NCBI GenBank assembly: GCA_016748015.1
Contig: JAAOMT010000480.1
Coordinates: forward strand, 744,001-808,000
DNA length: 64,000 bases
Source: Geosiphon pyriformis uo1
Taxonomy: Eukaryota > Fungi > Glomeromycota
Reading direction: 5' to 3'
Below the pieces are notes generated by a model that ran no database searches, was not told the DNA's origin, and saw only the letters and a program-made list of their open reading frames with translations. This document shows, piece after piece, positions 12,108 through 23,753 of this stretch. The position numbers and the translations under genes were made by a program. Position 1 is the first letter of the stretch, and each line of letters starts with the position of its first letter.

Positions 12108-13374
12108 TGTTACGGTTTAAGAATTTAGCAAAAAGAATCATAAAAATAATACAAACTATTCAATCATAATATAGCACAGTAATAATCTTAGAAAGGTAAT
12201 GATTAACATAGTAGCAAACACCATCTCGTGATAGTGGCAAGCACCAGTTCACAATAGCAGCCAACACCAACTGGTGATAGCAGCAAACACCAGGTTGAAN
12301 NNNNNNNNNNNNNNNNNNNACTAATCAGGAAAGTAACCAGCAAAAACTAGGAACACCAGCTCAAACACCAAAGAAAACTGTCACTCAATCAATAAAGAAA
12401 CAACGTATTTATTCATTAGAAGATAAATCATATCATTTTTCACCAGAAAATAAGATACAAATTCCATTAGGAGCTGCATCATCATCAACATCAACTCCAC
12501 AAACGCCAAGAACTCCTAGTTATATTGATAAAATTAAACAATGTAACTGGGGAAACATACTAATTACAGGAAGATATTCATCACTATTCCAAAACCCTCT
12601 TTTTCAGCCAAAATTTAGAACGGAATTTGAAAACCGTGAAGAGGAGTCTGAATCGGAATCCGAAAAAGAGACCAGCGAAAAAACAATCACAAGACCAGTC
12701 ACTGGAACAAGCAGCCAGTCCAGAAACCAAGAAACTCGTGATCAAGAGGAAGAACTGGATATAAGGGAAGCCACCTTTAGGAATGCTCAAGGAAATATCA
12801 TCCCACCTCCTCTTAGACCAATAAACCCACCAGCAGAAAATGGCAACGAAATGACCACACCATACATTGCAAGACTAACAGATTTCTCAGGAGAGGAAGA
12901 AGAAACGGACGTGCACACATGGCTTAGAGAAGCACAAAAAGCCATCCAGGCAAATAACTGGAACGACCAAAGAGCAATTCAAACATTACCTTTCTTCCTG
13001 AAAGGCACAGCCGACTCGTGGTATCAAAGCCTGGAAACAAAACCCACGAGCTTCGCTGAATTTAAAAATGCACTCCTGGAGTATTTTAGCGACCCAAACG
13101 CCGTAATCCAACTACAGAACGAATTCAATACTATCAAGCAAAATACTGGTGAAACTGTCACTCAATACCTTGCTCGATTCAATCGAATTCGCCATCAGAT
13201 TGAAGTGATTGAACAAGGATACTACACTGATCCTCAGGTTTTAAATCAGTTTATTAGANNNNNNNNNNNNNNNNNNNNTATCACACAAATAGAATTGAGG
13301 AACTCACGAAAGACTGATTGCAATTAAAGCGGGATATCAGCAATTAAATATAACAAGAAAACCATTCCGTAACA
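12108..13374 (+). repeat. Element A 5' LTR (only 12108-12299 and 13279-13374 present; a gag fragment sits between N gaps). Reconstructed LTR ~870 bp
   Basis: Perfect terminal inverted repeat TGTTACGG/CCGTAACA; both pieces match the 3' LTR 21101-21883. Confidence 0.88.
12320..13258 (+). other. Misplaced gag contig between N gaps (12300-12319, 13259-13278); bridges the gap at 13998-14017
   Basis: 12320-12512 matches 13805-13997 and 13003-13258 matches 14018-14273; encodes capsid-like FSGEEEETDVHTWL..LKGTADSWY. Confidence 0.85.
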
Positions 13375-13376
13375 TT

Positions 13377-13393
13377 TGGTGAACCCTACGAGG
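13377..13393 (+). promoter_or_regulatory. Primer-binding site of element A (TGGTGAACCCTACGAGG); tRNA unassigned
   Basis: TGG start 2 nt after the LTR end. Confidence 0.8.
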
Positions 13394-13456
13394 AAAGAAA
13401 ATCAAAAAGGAAATAATAATTAGCAATAATTCATTGCTAAAAAGGAAAAGACAAAA

Positions 13457-16400
13457 GTGGCAACAAAAACCCCTAATCTTACTGTTCTTGAATTCTGCCA
13501 TGCTATTTACACACAAAATCAGAGTGATCTTGGATTACCAGAAGGGTGTTGTCCAGCAGAATCTGTCCTCACTTATTATATCAATGCCAGAATAAATTAT
13601 CATATAGGAAAGGAAGAAGAACCACACGACGCAAAACTTGGATTGTATAGAGAATTATCACAATACACTACAAAAGAAGTAGCAGTAATAGCCGCAACTA
13701 TTGTCAAAATCCATCGAGAAATTGAGCAATACGCCAACAAAAATTTTCCAATATCCACAGGAAACACTAGGGAACGCGCCAACAAAACCAAAGAAAATTT
13801 AGAAACTAATCAGGAAAGTAACCAGCAAAAACTAGAAACACCAGCTCAAATGCCAAAGAAAACTGTCACTCAATCAATAAAGAAACAACGTATTTATTCA
13901 TCAGAAGATAAATCATATCATTTTTCACCAGAAAATAAGATACAAATTCCATTAGGAGCTGCATCATCATCAACATCAACTCCACAAATGCCAAGAANNN
14001 NNNNNNNNNNNNNNNNNAGGCACAGCCGACTCATGGTATCAAAGCCTGGAAACAAAACCCACGAGCTTCGCTGAATTTAAAAATGCACTCCTGGAGTATT
14101 TTAGCGACCCAAACGCCGTAATCCAACTACAGAACGAATTCAATACTATCAAGCAAAATACTGGTGAAACTGTCACTCAATACCTTGCTCGATTCAATCG
14201 AATTCGCCATCAGATTGAAGTGATTGAACAAGGATACTACACTGATCCTCAGGTTTTAAATCAGTTTATTAGAGGATTAAAAAGCAGCATTTTAGGAAGA
14301 GTACACCCTGCCCACCCTAATTCCTTACCAGAAGCCATTACGCTTGCCAGAGCCCTTGAATCGGCTGAAAAAGAAGCTAACCATAGTCAATGGTTAACAT
14401 GGTAATGAAGGAAAATAAGACAGAAACATAAGAGAAAAGAGTAACACGATTAGGGGAGGAACTCTCTAAGAAAATAGAAAGTTACCTCATCCCGGATCTG
14501 AGAAAAAATACATACCAACCACCCCAAAGACACAGCCAAGAAGTCAGTGACAGTCAAAATAATCGCTCGTCGCGCCAGGAATTCAGAACAGAAACACGCG
14601 CCTGCCATTTTTGCAAACGTGTAAGACATTTGATTAGTTAATGTCAAACGCGAATAATACAGGAAGCATGCGAAAATAATTACTACGCACCACTCCAAAT
14701 GCCCAAAAACCAGTACATGCCAATACCACGCCAATATCCCACCACGTATCAAAATCAAGGAGCTTACCAGCAACAACCCATGATAGCCAACCCGAATTGG
14801 TGTCCCGAGACCCAAAATCAGCCCATGTGGAACCAGAATGCGTTGGTCCAGAGGAATCCAAACCGCACCGGAACCAATCAGCAAACCAATCCAAACTACC
14901 AAAATTATCAACAAACTTACCTTAATATACTGGAAAACCTGATCATTGGAAACAATGACAGTAGAAACATAAACAGAACCAAGAATTCCTCCAAATTGAG
15001 CCAGACAATACCACCAGCAGTTGCCACCGAAGATAGCAGCCTCGCAGCTATTTTTCCTTTTGAATTAGAGGAAAACAAGGCTATGTTCAGTGGAGCAGCA
15101 TTGGATGAAAAACGCCCAATCACTGCTATGTATACGGAAGCCACTGTAAACAATACCCCAATCAAACTTATCTTAGACAGCGGATCCGCTGGAAGCATCG
15201 TAATGCTTTAACTAGTAAACCAACTGGGTTTCAAAGTTGATCGTGCCGCGACGTTCCAAATCATAACAGCCAATGGAAGTACAAAGCTGCCTCATGGCAA
15301 AATCAACTCATTCTCTTTCGAAATTAATGGCATAGTAATATCTACAAAAGTATTAGTAATGAACGCTACACAATATCAAGCATTAGTAGGGAATGACTGG
15401 CTAACAAAAGCCAACGCCACCCTAGACTGGACCACCCAAGAGCTTTTGATCAATTATAATGGCCACCAGGCCAAAATTCCAGCCACCTGTGGCCACTTCC
15501 AAAAACCCAGCACCAACCAAAGACCTACCTTCAAATTTGAAAAAAATCCAGCACTACCAGCCATCAAAACCTATCAGCTCTCTTGGGCTAATGACCAAAG
15601 AACAGGACTACCAGCCATACCAACATGGACCAGCAAAGAAAGATCTGAATGGAACCAGGTAAGTTGACAAAGAAACCACCAGCGACACAGACCAAAGCTA
15701 GAATGCTCGGTTTGCAAGAAGAAACTCTCGTCTATGACTGCGTGCAGCACACTGGACAAAGACCCAAGAAACTCCACCCACTACTATTGTAACCATTGTA
15801 ACAAAGAAAAATACGGTTACCCAGAAAGACACGGAAAATGGGATGAGGAACCGTGCCTTGCTTGTGGAGAACCGTTACCAAGAGGGTGCGACTGGAACAA
15901 CTTACCAGGCAGAGGAGGAATGTGTGACGCAACTTGCCAATACACAATTCTCATCTGTGACTGGGTAAGAGGAAGAACGCCATTCGAAGCAGTGTTCAAC
16001 AGAGTGTTAAAAAGACTACAGCACTACCCACACAACGAGAACGAGTTGTACAACACCACACAAGCCAAAGTAAGAGGAGGAACCGCCGAAGAAATACGAT
16101 GTTGGAAAGAGTCAGCCAAAGTAGCTGACGAAGTTGCCAACTACAACATGTTCGACCCAATGGACAAATTCTAGAACTACTACCAACAACTATGCCCCAT
16201 TCGACAAGAGCAAGAACAATACCTCGCCCAAATCAACACTTACCTCTGTGAAAACTGTCTCATCCCATGCCAAAATCAGTGCTGTAAAGAGTGTCAAGAT
16301 GAAAGAGACTTAGAAAAAAAAATGGAAATTGAGAATCAGCAGTCTTAAAATCAATCAATAAATCAACAAGACTCACCTGACGGTCCTGAGTCAGAAAAAT

Positions 16401-18694
16401 TTGTAGCCTATACTGATCTAGAACAGGTGACCGACATCTGATACTTCGACAATAGGCATTTAGGAATAATACCCGAAAAAGCCCATTCAACTGACGCCGG
16501 ATTCGATCTACATTATCCGGAAGACCAATCCACAATATTACTACCCAGGAGCATCACCAAAATTGACCTAAAAATAGTGGTTGAAATTCCGCCAGGAATA
16601 ATGGTTCAAATGGCATCACGATCAAGCCTCGCGAAAAAAGGAATAAGCGTTCAAGGAGGAGTAATTGACTCCGGATACACTGGAAATTTGATGGTCTTGC
16701 TACAGAACAATTCAGAAAAGCCTTATACCATTGAATCTAAGGAAAAGATTGCACAAGCAATTTTTCTACCATTGGTAAAAATTGGAAAATTCATGCCAGT
16801 AGAAAATCGTGAGGAATTGTCACAAACAACGAGAGAAACTTTTGGTTTCAGATTGACAGGAAAAGGAATTGAAGCAAATTTCGCTGAAACAATAGAGGAA
16901 AAAGGCAAAGTAATTAAAAATAAGCGGTTCATCACGCTCCTACCATATGGAAAATCAGAAATAAGAATAAAAAGGACAATTAAAGAAAAAGACTTAATAT
17001 TTGAGCCCTACCCAGAAACTTGCCAACAGTTTCTCATAGGACTTACTAACCTTTTTATTTCAGCTGATAAAGCTCAATGGATAAAAATTTTTATCGCAAA
17101 CACCATAGAAGAACCCGTCTACATTCTGGAAGATACCATCATTGGATACCTCAAAACGGAGCTAGAAAATGCATCAACACCACAAGAAATTCTAAATTTC
17201 CCAGAAATTGCCCTCTACTGTGAACTCACTTCAATAAATTGGCAACAACCAGTAGAATGCTATCAATTTATGCCAGAAGAATTGGCCAAATTAAACATTG
17301 GAACAATAGATCCTGACCAACAGCAACAATTAAAAGCATTAATTTTAAAATACTCTGATATATTTTTAAAAAATGGCGAATTTGGAAGAACCAACTTGGT
17401 TCAACACCAAATCCCCACTGGAGACACCAGACCTGAAAAACAACGTGCTTACTGTGTTCCACCAATGGAGCATAATTTTATCAGAGAAAAAGTCCAAAGC
17501 ATGTTGGAAAAAGGAATAATACAACCATCAATGAGCCCATGGTCTTCACCAGTTGTTTTAGTAAGGAAAAAGAACGGAAAAATTAGATTTTGCGTCGACT
17601 ATTGCAAACTAAACAGCAAAACAACCAAAGACTCATACCCAATACCATTAATTGATGAAATCTTTGACGTTTTTGGAGGAGCAAAATGGTTTTCTATACT
17701 GGACTTGACCAATGGGTACTGGCAAGTGGAAATAGACCCAAAGGACAGGCATAAAACAGCATTCACAACACAAAATGGCAATTATGAGTTCAATGTAATG
17801 CCATTTGGATTAACAAACGCTCCCATAACATTTCAAAGACTAATGGATGTAATTTACTCCGGAATCCTGTGGCAATCCGTTGTTGTCTACTTGGATGATA
17901 CAAATGTTTTTTCGTCAAAATTCATGGATCATCTCCAACATTTACAACAAGTTTTTGAGAGATTGAGACACGCTGGACTTAAACTAAATCTAGAAAAATG
18001 TTTCTTTGGGAAAAATGAGCTAGCATTTTTAGGACACGTAGTTGGAAAAGATGGAATAAAACCAGATCCATCAAAAATAGACAAAGTGAAAAATTTTCCA
18101 GTACCTCGAAACGTTTCAGAAGTTAGAAGCTTTTTAGGACTCGCATCTTACTACCACCGCTTTGTAGAAAACTTTTCAAACATCGCCAAACCCCTTAATT
18201 ACCTACTATCTAAAAATGTGAAGTTTGAATGGACTGAAGCACAACAAAAAGCTTTTGAGTACCTTAGACAAAAGCTCATTGAATCACCAATAATGATCTA
18301 TCCGAATTTTAACAAGAAATTCATTTTGGCCACAGATGCCTCTGAAACTGGACTTGGAGTCATTCTGTCACAAAAAGATGATAATGGAAGAGAACGTGTA
18401 ATCGCTTATGCCAGCAGAAGTCTCAGTATGGCAGAACAAAACTATGCAGCACATGAACTTGAATGCTTAGCAGTAGTCTGGAGTTGTGTTCACTTTGACA
18501 CATATTTACGGTACCAACCCTTTGAGATTATGACAGATCATAGAGGTCTGGTCTGGTTAAATAACAAGAAAGTGCTAAAAGAAAAATACGCCAAATGGTC
18601 ACAAACGTTAGCACTATACAATTATATTATCAAATACAAAGAAGGTACTAAAAATGCTAATGCCGACTGTTTGTCAAGAATGAGACACACATAA
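13457..18694 (+). pseudogene. Element A gag-pol: N-terminal domain, CA, CCHC, aspartic protease, Cys-rich domain, dUTPase, RT, RNase H
   Basis: CHFCKRVRHLIS*C; LILDSGSAG (~15170); AGFDL/SRSS/GVIDSGYTG/KIAQ; RFCVDY, YLDD (17888); ATDAS, TDH, NANADCLSR. 14699-18694 is one frame; 16577-18694 is uninterrupted. True start not identified. Confidence 0.93.
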
Positions 18695-18723
18695 AAATCA
18701 CCAACCCACCCGCCACAACAACA

Positions 18724-20103
18724 ATGAACAACCATCTTTACAAAAACCTCAGCCAATACTTAAAAACACTACAAATAGATGAAGAAATGCCAGTAAAAGA
18801 GCTAATTAAGCTCTAAAAATTAGCAAAACACTATTTCATCCAAAATCACATACTTTATTACCGGAATTGACAAAATCCAGATAATCCATTAAGAGTTATA
18901 ACCACGAATGAAAAAGAAACTATCTTATTTAACATGCACTCAGATATTCATTCAGACCACTTTGGAAAAACAGCAACCATCCAATGTGCAACTAGTCATT
19001 ACTATTGGCCAAAAATAAGTTCAGACATAATTCAATACATAAAAAATTGTGACCCATGCCAATGAAAAAGAGGAGCAAAAACAACGGAATTATTAAGACC
19101 AATAAAAGTTGAACAGCCATTTGACAGAATCAGAATTGATTTAGTTGGACCCTTACCAATAACAACAAGAAACAACCATTATATTGCAGTAGCCATGGAC
19201 TATCTCACCAAATGGCCAAAAGCTAGAGCTATTAAAACAGCTGATGTTATTTCCGTAGCTCAATTCATACATGAAGACTTAATTTGCCAACATGGATGTC
19301 CACAAGAATTGCTATCAGATCAAGGCACACACTTCGTAAACAGCACCTTAAAAGAACTTAGCCAAAAATTTGGAATCAAGCGACCACTGTCATCACCATA
19401 CCACCCTCAAACAAATGGATTAGTTGAAAGATTTAATCGCACATTATGTGAATCATTGGCAAAAATTAGTAACAAACATGAAAAAAAATGGGATTTGTTC
19501 ATACCAGCAATACTACTAGTATATAGAACAGTAAAACAAGATACTACACAATTCACACCATTTGAACTAGTTTATGGAAGAAAAGCCACATTACCCATTG
19601 AACTTACTATCCCAACTTATCCAAGTAACACTATCACGGAAGCAACATTCCAGGAAACACTACTTAGAAGAACATACGAATTAATGGGAACTTTAGAAAA
19701 CAAAAGAAGAAAAGCAGCACAAAATATTGAACAATCACAAGAACAACAAAAAATGAGACATGATAACCAGTTACCAGATAATATAATTAGCTACAAAATT
19801 GGAGATAAAGTATTGTTGCATCATACAAAAATAGAAAAACAGTGGAGTGGAAAATTTGATCACAAGTGGGATGGATCATTTTATATTCACGAAATACTTA
19901 GAAATGAAGCATACAAGCTAAGACTAAATGATAAAATATTAAGAAAAGCAGCACATGGTAACCAGCTGAAATTCTATTACAGTAAACCAGTAATAACAAC
20001 AAAAACACCCAGAATTAGAACACAATTACCTTTAATTCTACCAGAACAAATTCCACGAGATTTAGAACCAATAGTTTTAATTGAACATTATTCGAAAAGA
20101 TAA
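18724..20103 (+). pseudogene. Element A integrase, separate ORF (HHCC, DDE core, GPF-like motif; no chromodomain)
   Basis: ATG 18724; MHSDIHSDHFG..CDPCQ; IDLVGPL; LSDQGTHF; YHPQTNGLVERFN; KWDGSFYI; two internal stops. Confidence 0.9.
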
Positions 20104-20187
20104 TTAATCTTAGATCACAGCAAAAATGATTTAACAACCATAAAAACACATGCAAAAGATTCCAAAATAACAGTCAAAATTAAAACA

Positions 20188-20498
20188 ATGATACTTATTC
20201 CAGAAAACATCAACAATATAACTCAACAATTAGTTGAAAGCTTACAACAATTAAAATTCGATCTAGAAATCACAGTTAATAGCTCCAAAATAACATACAT
20301 AAAAAGAACAATAGAAAATCCAAAAACAAGAAAAGAACATAATTTTGAACCATATAATATTGCCAAATATAACAACAAATTTATTAGCAAAGTTATTGAA
20401 AAATTAGAGATAGCATTGGGCAATACATTAATAATGGAAGAAATAGAAATAAGTGAATTAACACCAGACACATTTAGCAACTTGAAAACGAAATTTCC
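20188..20498 (+). CDS. Element A accessory ORF downstream of integrase (truncated by gap), unknown function
   Basis: MILIPENINNITQQLVESLQQLKFDLEITVN is homologous to element B 34784 ORF. Confidence 0.7.
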
Positions 20499-20518
20499 NN
20501 NNNNNNNNNNNNNNNNNN

Positions 20519-21033
20519 GAAAAAGGAATAATACAACCATCAATGAGCCCATGGTCTTCACCAGTTGTTTTAGTAAGGAAAAAGAACGGAAAAATTAGAT
20601 TTTGCGTCGACTATTGCAAACTAAACAGCAAAACAACCAAAGACTCATACCCAATACCATTAATTGATGAAATCTTTGACGTTTTTGGAGGAGCAAAATG
20701 GTTTTCTATACTGGACTTGACCAATGGGTACTGGCAAGTGGAAATAGACCCAAAGGACAGGCATAAAACAGCATTCACAACACAAAATGGCAATTATGAG
20801 TTCAATGTAATGCCATTTGGATTAACAAACGCTCCCATAACATTTCAAAGACTAATGGATGTAATTTACTCCGGAATCCTGTGGCAATCCGTTGTTGTCT
20901 ACTTGGATGATACAAATGTTTTTTCGTCAAAATTCATGGATCATCTCCAACATTTACAACAAGTTTTTGAGAGATTGAGACACGCTGGACTTAAACTAAA
21001 TCTAGAAAAATGTTTCTTTGGGAAAAATGAGCT
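20519..21033 (+). other. Duplicate of RT segment 17507-18021 between N gaps (assembly artefact)
   Basis: Appears identical by eye, identical translation, gap-bounded on both sides. Confidence 0.85.
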
Positions 21034-21100
21034 NNNNNNNNNNNNNNNNNNNNNNNNNNNNNNNNNNNNNNNNNNNNNNNNNNNNNNNNNNNNNNNNNNN

Positions 21101-21883
21101 GGTAATGATTAACATAGTAGCAAACACCATCTCGCGATAGTGGCAAGCACCAGTTCACAATAGCAGCCAACACCAACTGGTGATAGCAGCAAACACCAGG
21201 TTGAAATATCAAAAAGAAAGTATTTTCTCGTAGAACTACAAACATGTATATATACAGTAGTTTTAATATTGGGAAATAATCAATCAAGTAATAAAAAAAA
21301 TCATAACTTATCAAGCAACAGATCCAATTTTATCCAACAAACTCCACTTTAAATCATACTTTCAAATTAAATATCTCAAGAAACCTTTAAAAATCAAAAA
21401 AAAATGAAAAAGAATATTTAAAACGGAACTATCACAACTCAAAGTATTTAGAAACTTACTTGTATTATTTATTGAATGAAACTATCATTCATCAACTGAA
21501 TCCCTTGGAAGAATAATCCTTAATCAAGATTATTCACGTTGTTACTAATTGATAAAAGCTTTATTGTAAGAATTAGAAAAGTGCTAAAGACCATTAACAT
21601 TCTGTGTTTCTAGATTAGAGAAACACATCAGGCAATTGCAAGGATAGCCTCAGAGAAGACCCCAGACAGTGGGTAGATTTCAGTTCAGCCTCTGAGAAGG
21701 AGTACATAAACACATACAACAATCAAGAATTAAAGAATAACTTACATCACAACAGTAAAAAAAAAGCCTTCAGTGTAACAGTGACATTATCACACAAATA
21801 GAATTGAGAAACTCACGAAAGACTGATTGCAATTAAAGCGGGATATCAGCAATTAAATATAACAAGAAAACCATCCCATAACA
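21101..21883 (+). repeat. Element A 3' LTR (first ~87 bp missing in gap)
   Basis: Matches 12195-12299 and 13279-13374 with a few transitions; TATA-like TGTATATATA ~21245; ends CATAACA. Confidence 0.92.
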
Positions 21884-23753
21884 ACACCTAAAAATATGAT
21901 TGTTGCTACAATATCCAAATTTGGAAAGATTAAGTTGATCAAAATTCAATTGATTGGAATGTAACAGAAGACTGTAATAGAGTTTGCTGAATTGGATCAA
22001 GTTAATTAGTTGATTTCAAGATAATCATTCCTAATCAGAAAAAATTCTGTACATATAGTCAAAACTGTAAGGAATTGTAAGATTTAGACATCTAGTGTGC
22101 TTCTGTTTATCTTGTCAATAAGAACAATAGCACATGATTTTGGAACTCTTTTGGATAGGGCTGGTAAAAAAACTTGCATCATAAATAGATTTATAAAAAT
22201 TGGTAATAGAATTTATTGTGCTGTGATTGGAATCTGTCTTTTACATGGAGCCAATCTTTGGTAGAATAAAGCTCTCTTAGACTAGGATGGATTTGGTTCA
22301 TTGTAAAAAGTGTGAGCATTTTGAATATTCAGCTTTTAAATGTGATGCATTAGGTGTGTTTGTGCTGCTATTGTCAAAGAAATTTTATAAAAAGGTTGTT
22401 TTTGAGGAAGTTTGCTTTTAGCTTGCCAAGTTGTATAAAAAAAAATGTGTTCTAATTTCTTGTTCTGCTGCCTTTGGTGGCAAATCTTGGGCCTAAGTGG
22501 TCTCACTTGCTGGTTTTTTTGGTAATATTTGCTTTAGTTCTAGTTCTGGTTCTTCTTTTTCTAATGTTTTAAGTTCGGATAGTATTTTTCCTCTTATTTT
22601 TGCTAATACTTTATTTTTAAATACTTATTTGGTTTTTTTGGAATGTTTCTTGGAAATTTTACTAGATTAGGTTTCTGGTATTATGTGTAAGCTCAACAAT
22701 TTGGAATTGGTGTCTTTGGCTTTTCTTCTTTCTTTTCATGTCTTGATTACACCAATGGCTGCCAATTTAAATTTGGATTCAACTATAATTTTGAATGGCT
22801 CCATGCTAGTGCCTCTGCTTTTTTTTTTATTGTCTCTGATGTCTCAATTCTGGATCCAAGTAGTTCAAAAGTGCTGACTAATAAGATGGGCTGTTTAAAA
22901 TCTAAGTTAGTGGCTCTCAAGGTTTTTGTTGGTTCAGTTTTGACAAAGTTAGATCAGTTGTGTGCTGAATTAGGTTTTCAAGTGTCTTCTCCTTCCTAAT
23001 AAGTAATTTGGTTTGGAAAATTGCTATGTGCAATGTTTGTGACATCAATATACCAGCTAAGCAGAAAAATATTATGTATTAGCACATGAACTCTGGTAAT
23101 ATAATTTCAATAATTACAAAAACAAAATTGAGATCTAATATTAGACCATAAATTATGAACAAGTTTGATGGTATATAGGTGTTTACATCTGGTATAAATA
23201 AAAATTTTCTTGGTGCTAAAGTGACAATTATTATGAACAATTCTCTGGCTCAACATGTTTCTAAGATTGAGAAAGTGCTTTGTTATGTTATTTCAGTTTG
23301 GCTTCTTTTCAAGAGCAAGCTTTTGATCAGAATTTTGGGCTTGTATGCTGGTGTCTCTGCTAAGGCTAAGTTTGATCAGATGGTTGAGATTAATTTTTTT
23401 ATTGTAAGGACAGTTAATGTCAGCACTTTTGTGGTTTTGGGTGGAGATTTTAATAAGAATAGTTCTAATAAAAGTGCAAGCTTTCAATTTTGTTTGGATC
23501 TGGGTTTGGTCAATTCACTTAAAGGCCATTATTTGGCCAAGACTTTTATGTAGAACAATTTGAGAGAAGTCAAGAAAATTATTGATTAAATTTTTGTTAG
23601 TAAGTGTTTATTGTTAGCAATTGCTAGTCATAAAATTGTTTTTACTTCTAAATTCTTTGATACTGATCACAAGGCTGTCATGGTATCAGTTAGTTTGGGT
23701 AGACTTTTGGATTTTTATTTAAAAGTTTGTGCAAACAAGCTAATAGAAATTGT

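Larger units (their letters stand above)
12108..21883 (+). mobile_element. LTR retrotransposon A (Ty3/Gypsy order PR-RT-RH-IN), partly mis-assembled
   Basis: TGTTAC...TAACA ends; TSD ACAC at 12104-12107 and 21884-21887; PBS; gag, PR, dUTPase, RT, RH, IN motifs. Confidence 0.95.

Noticed and set aside
20188-20498. env gene call for the 3' ORF
   Set aside because: Short, with no signal peptide, furin site or transmembrane helix seen; left as unknown
20519-21033. Apparent second RT domain in element A
   Set aside because: Identical to 17507-18021 and flanked by N gaps; assembly duplicate
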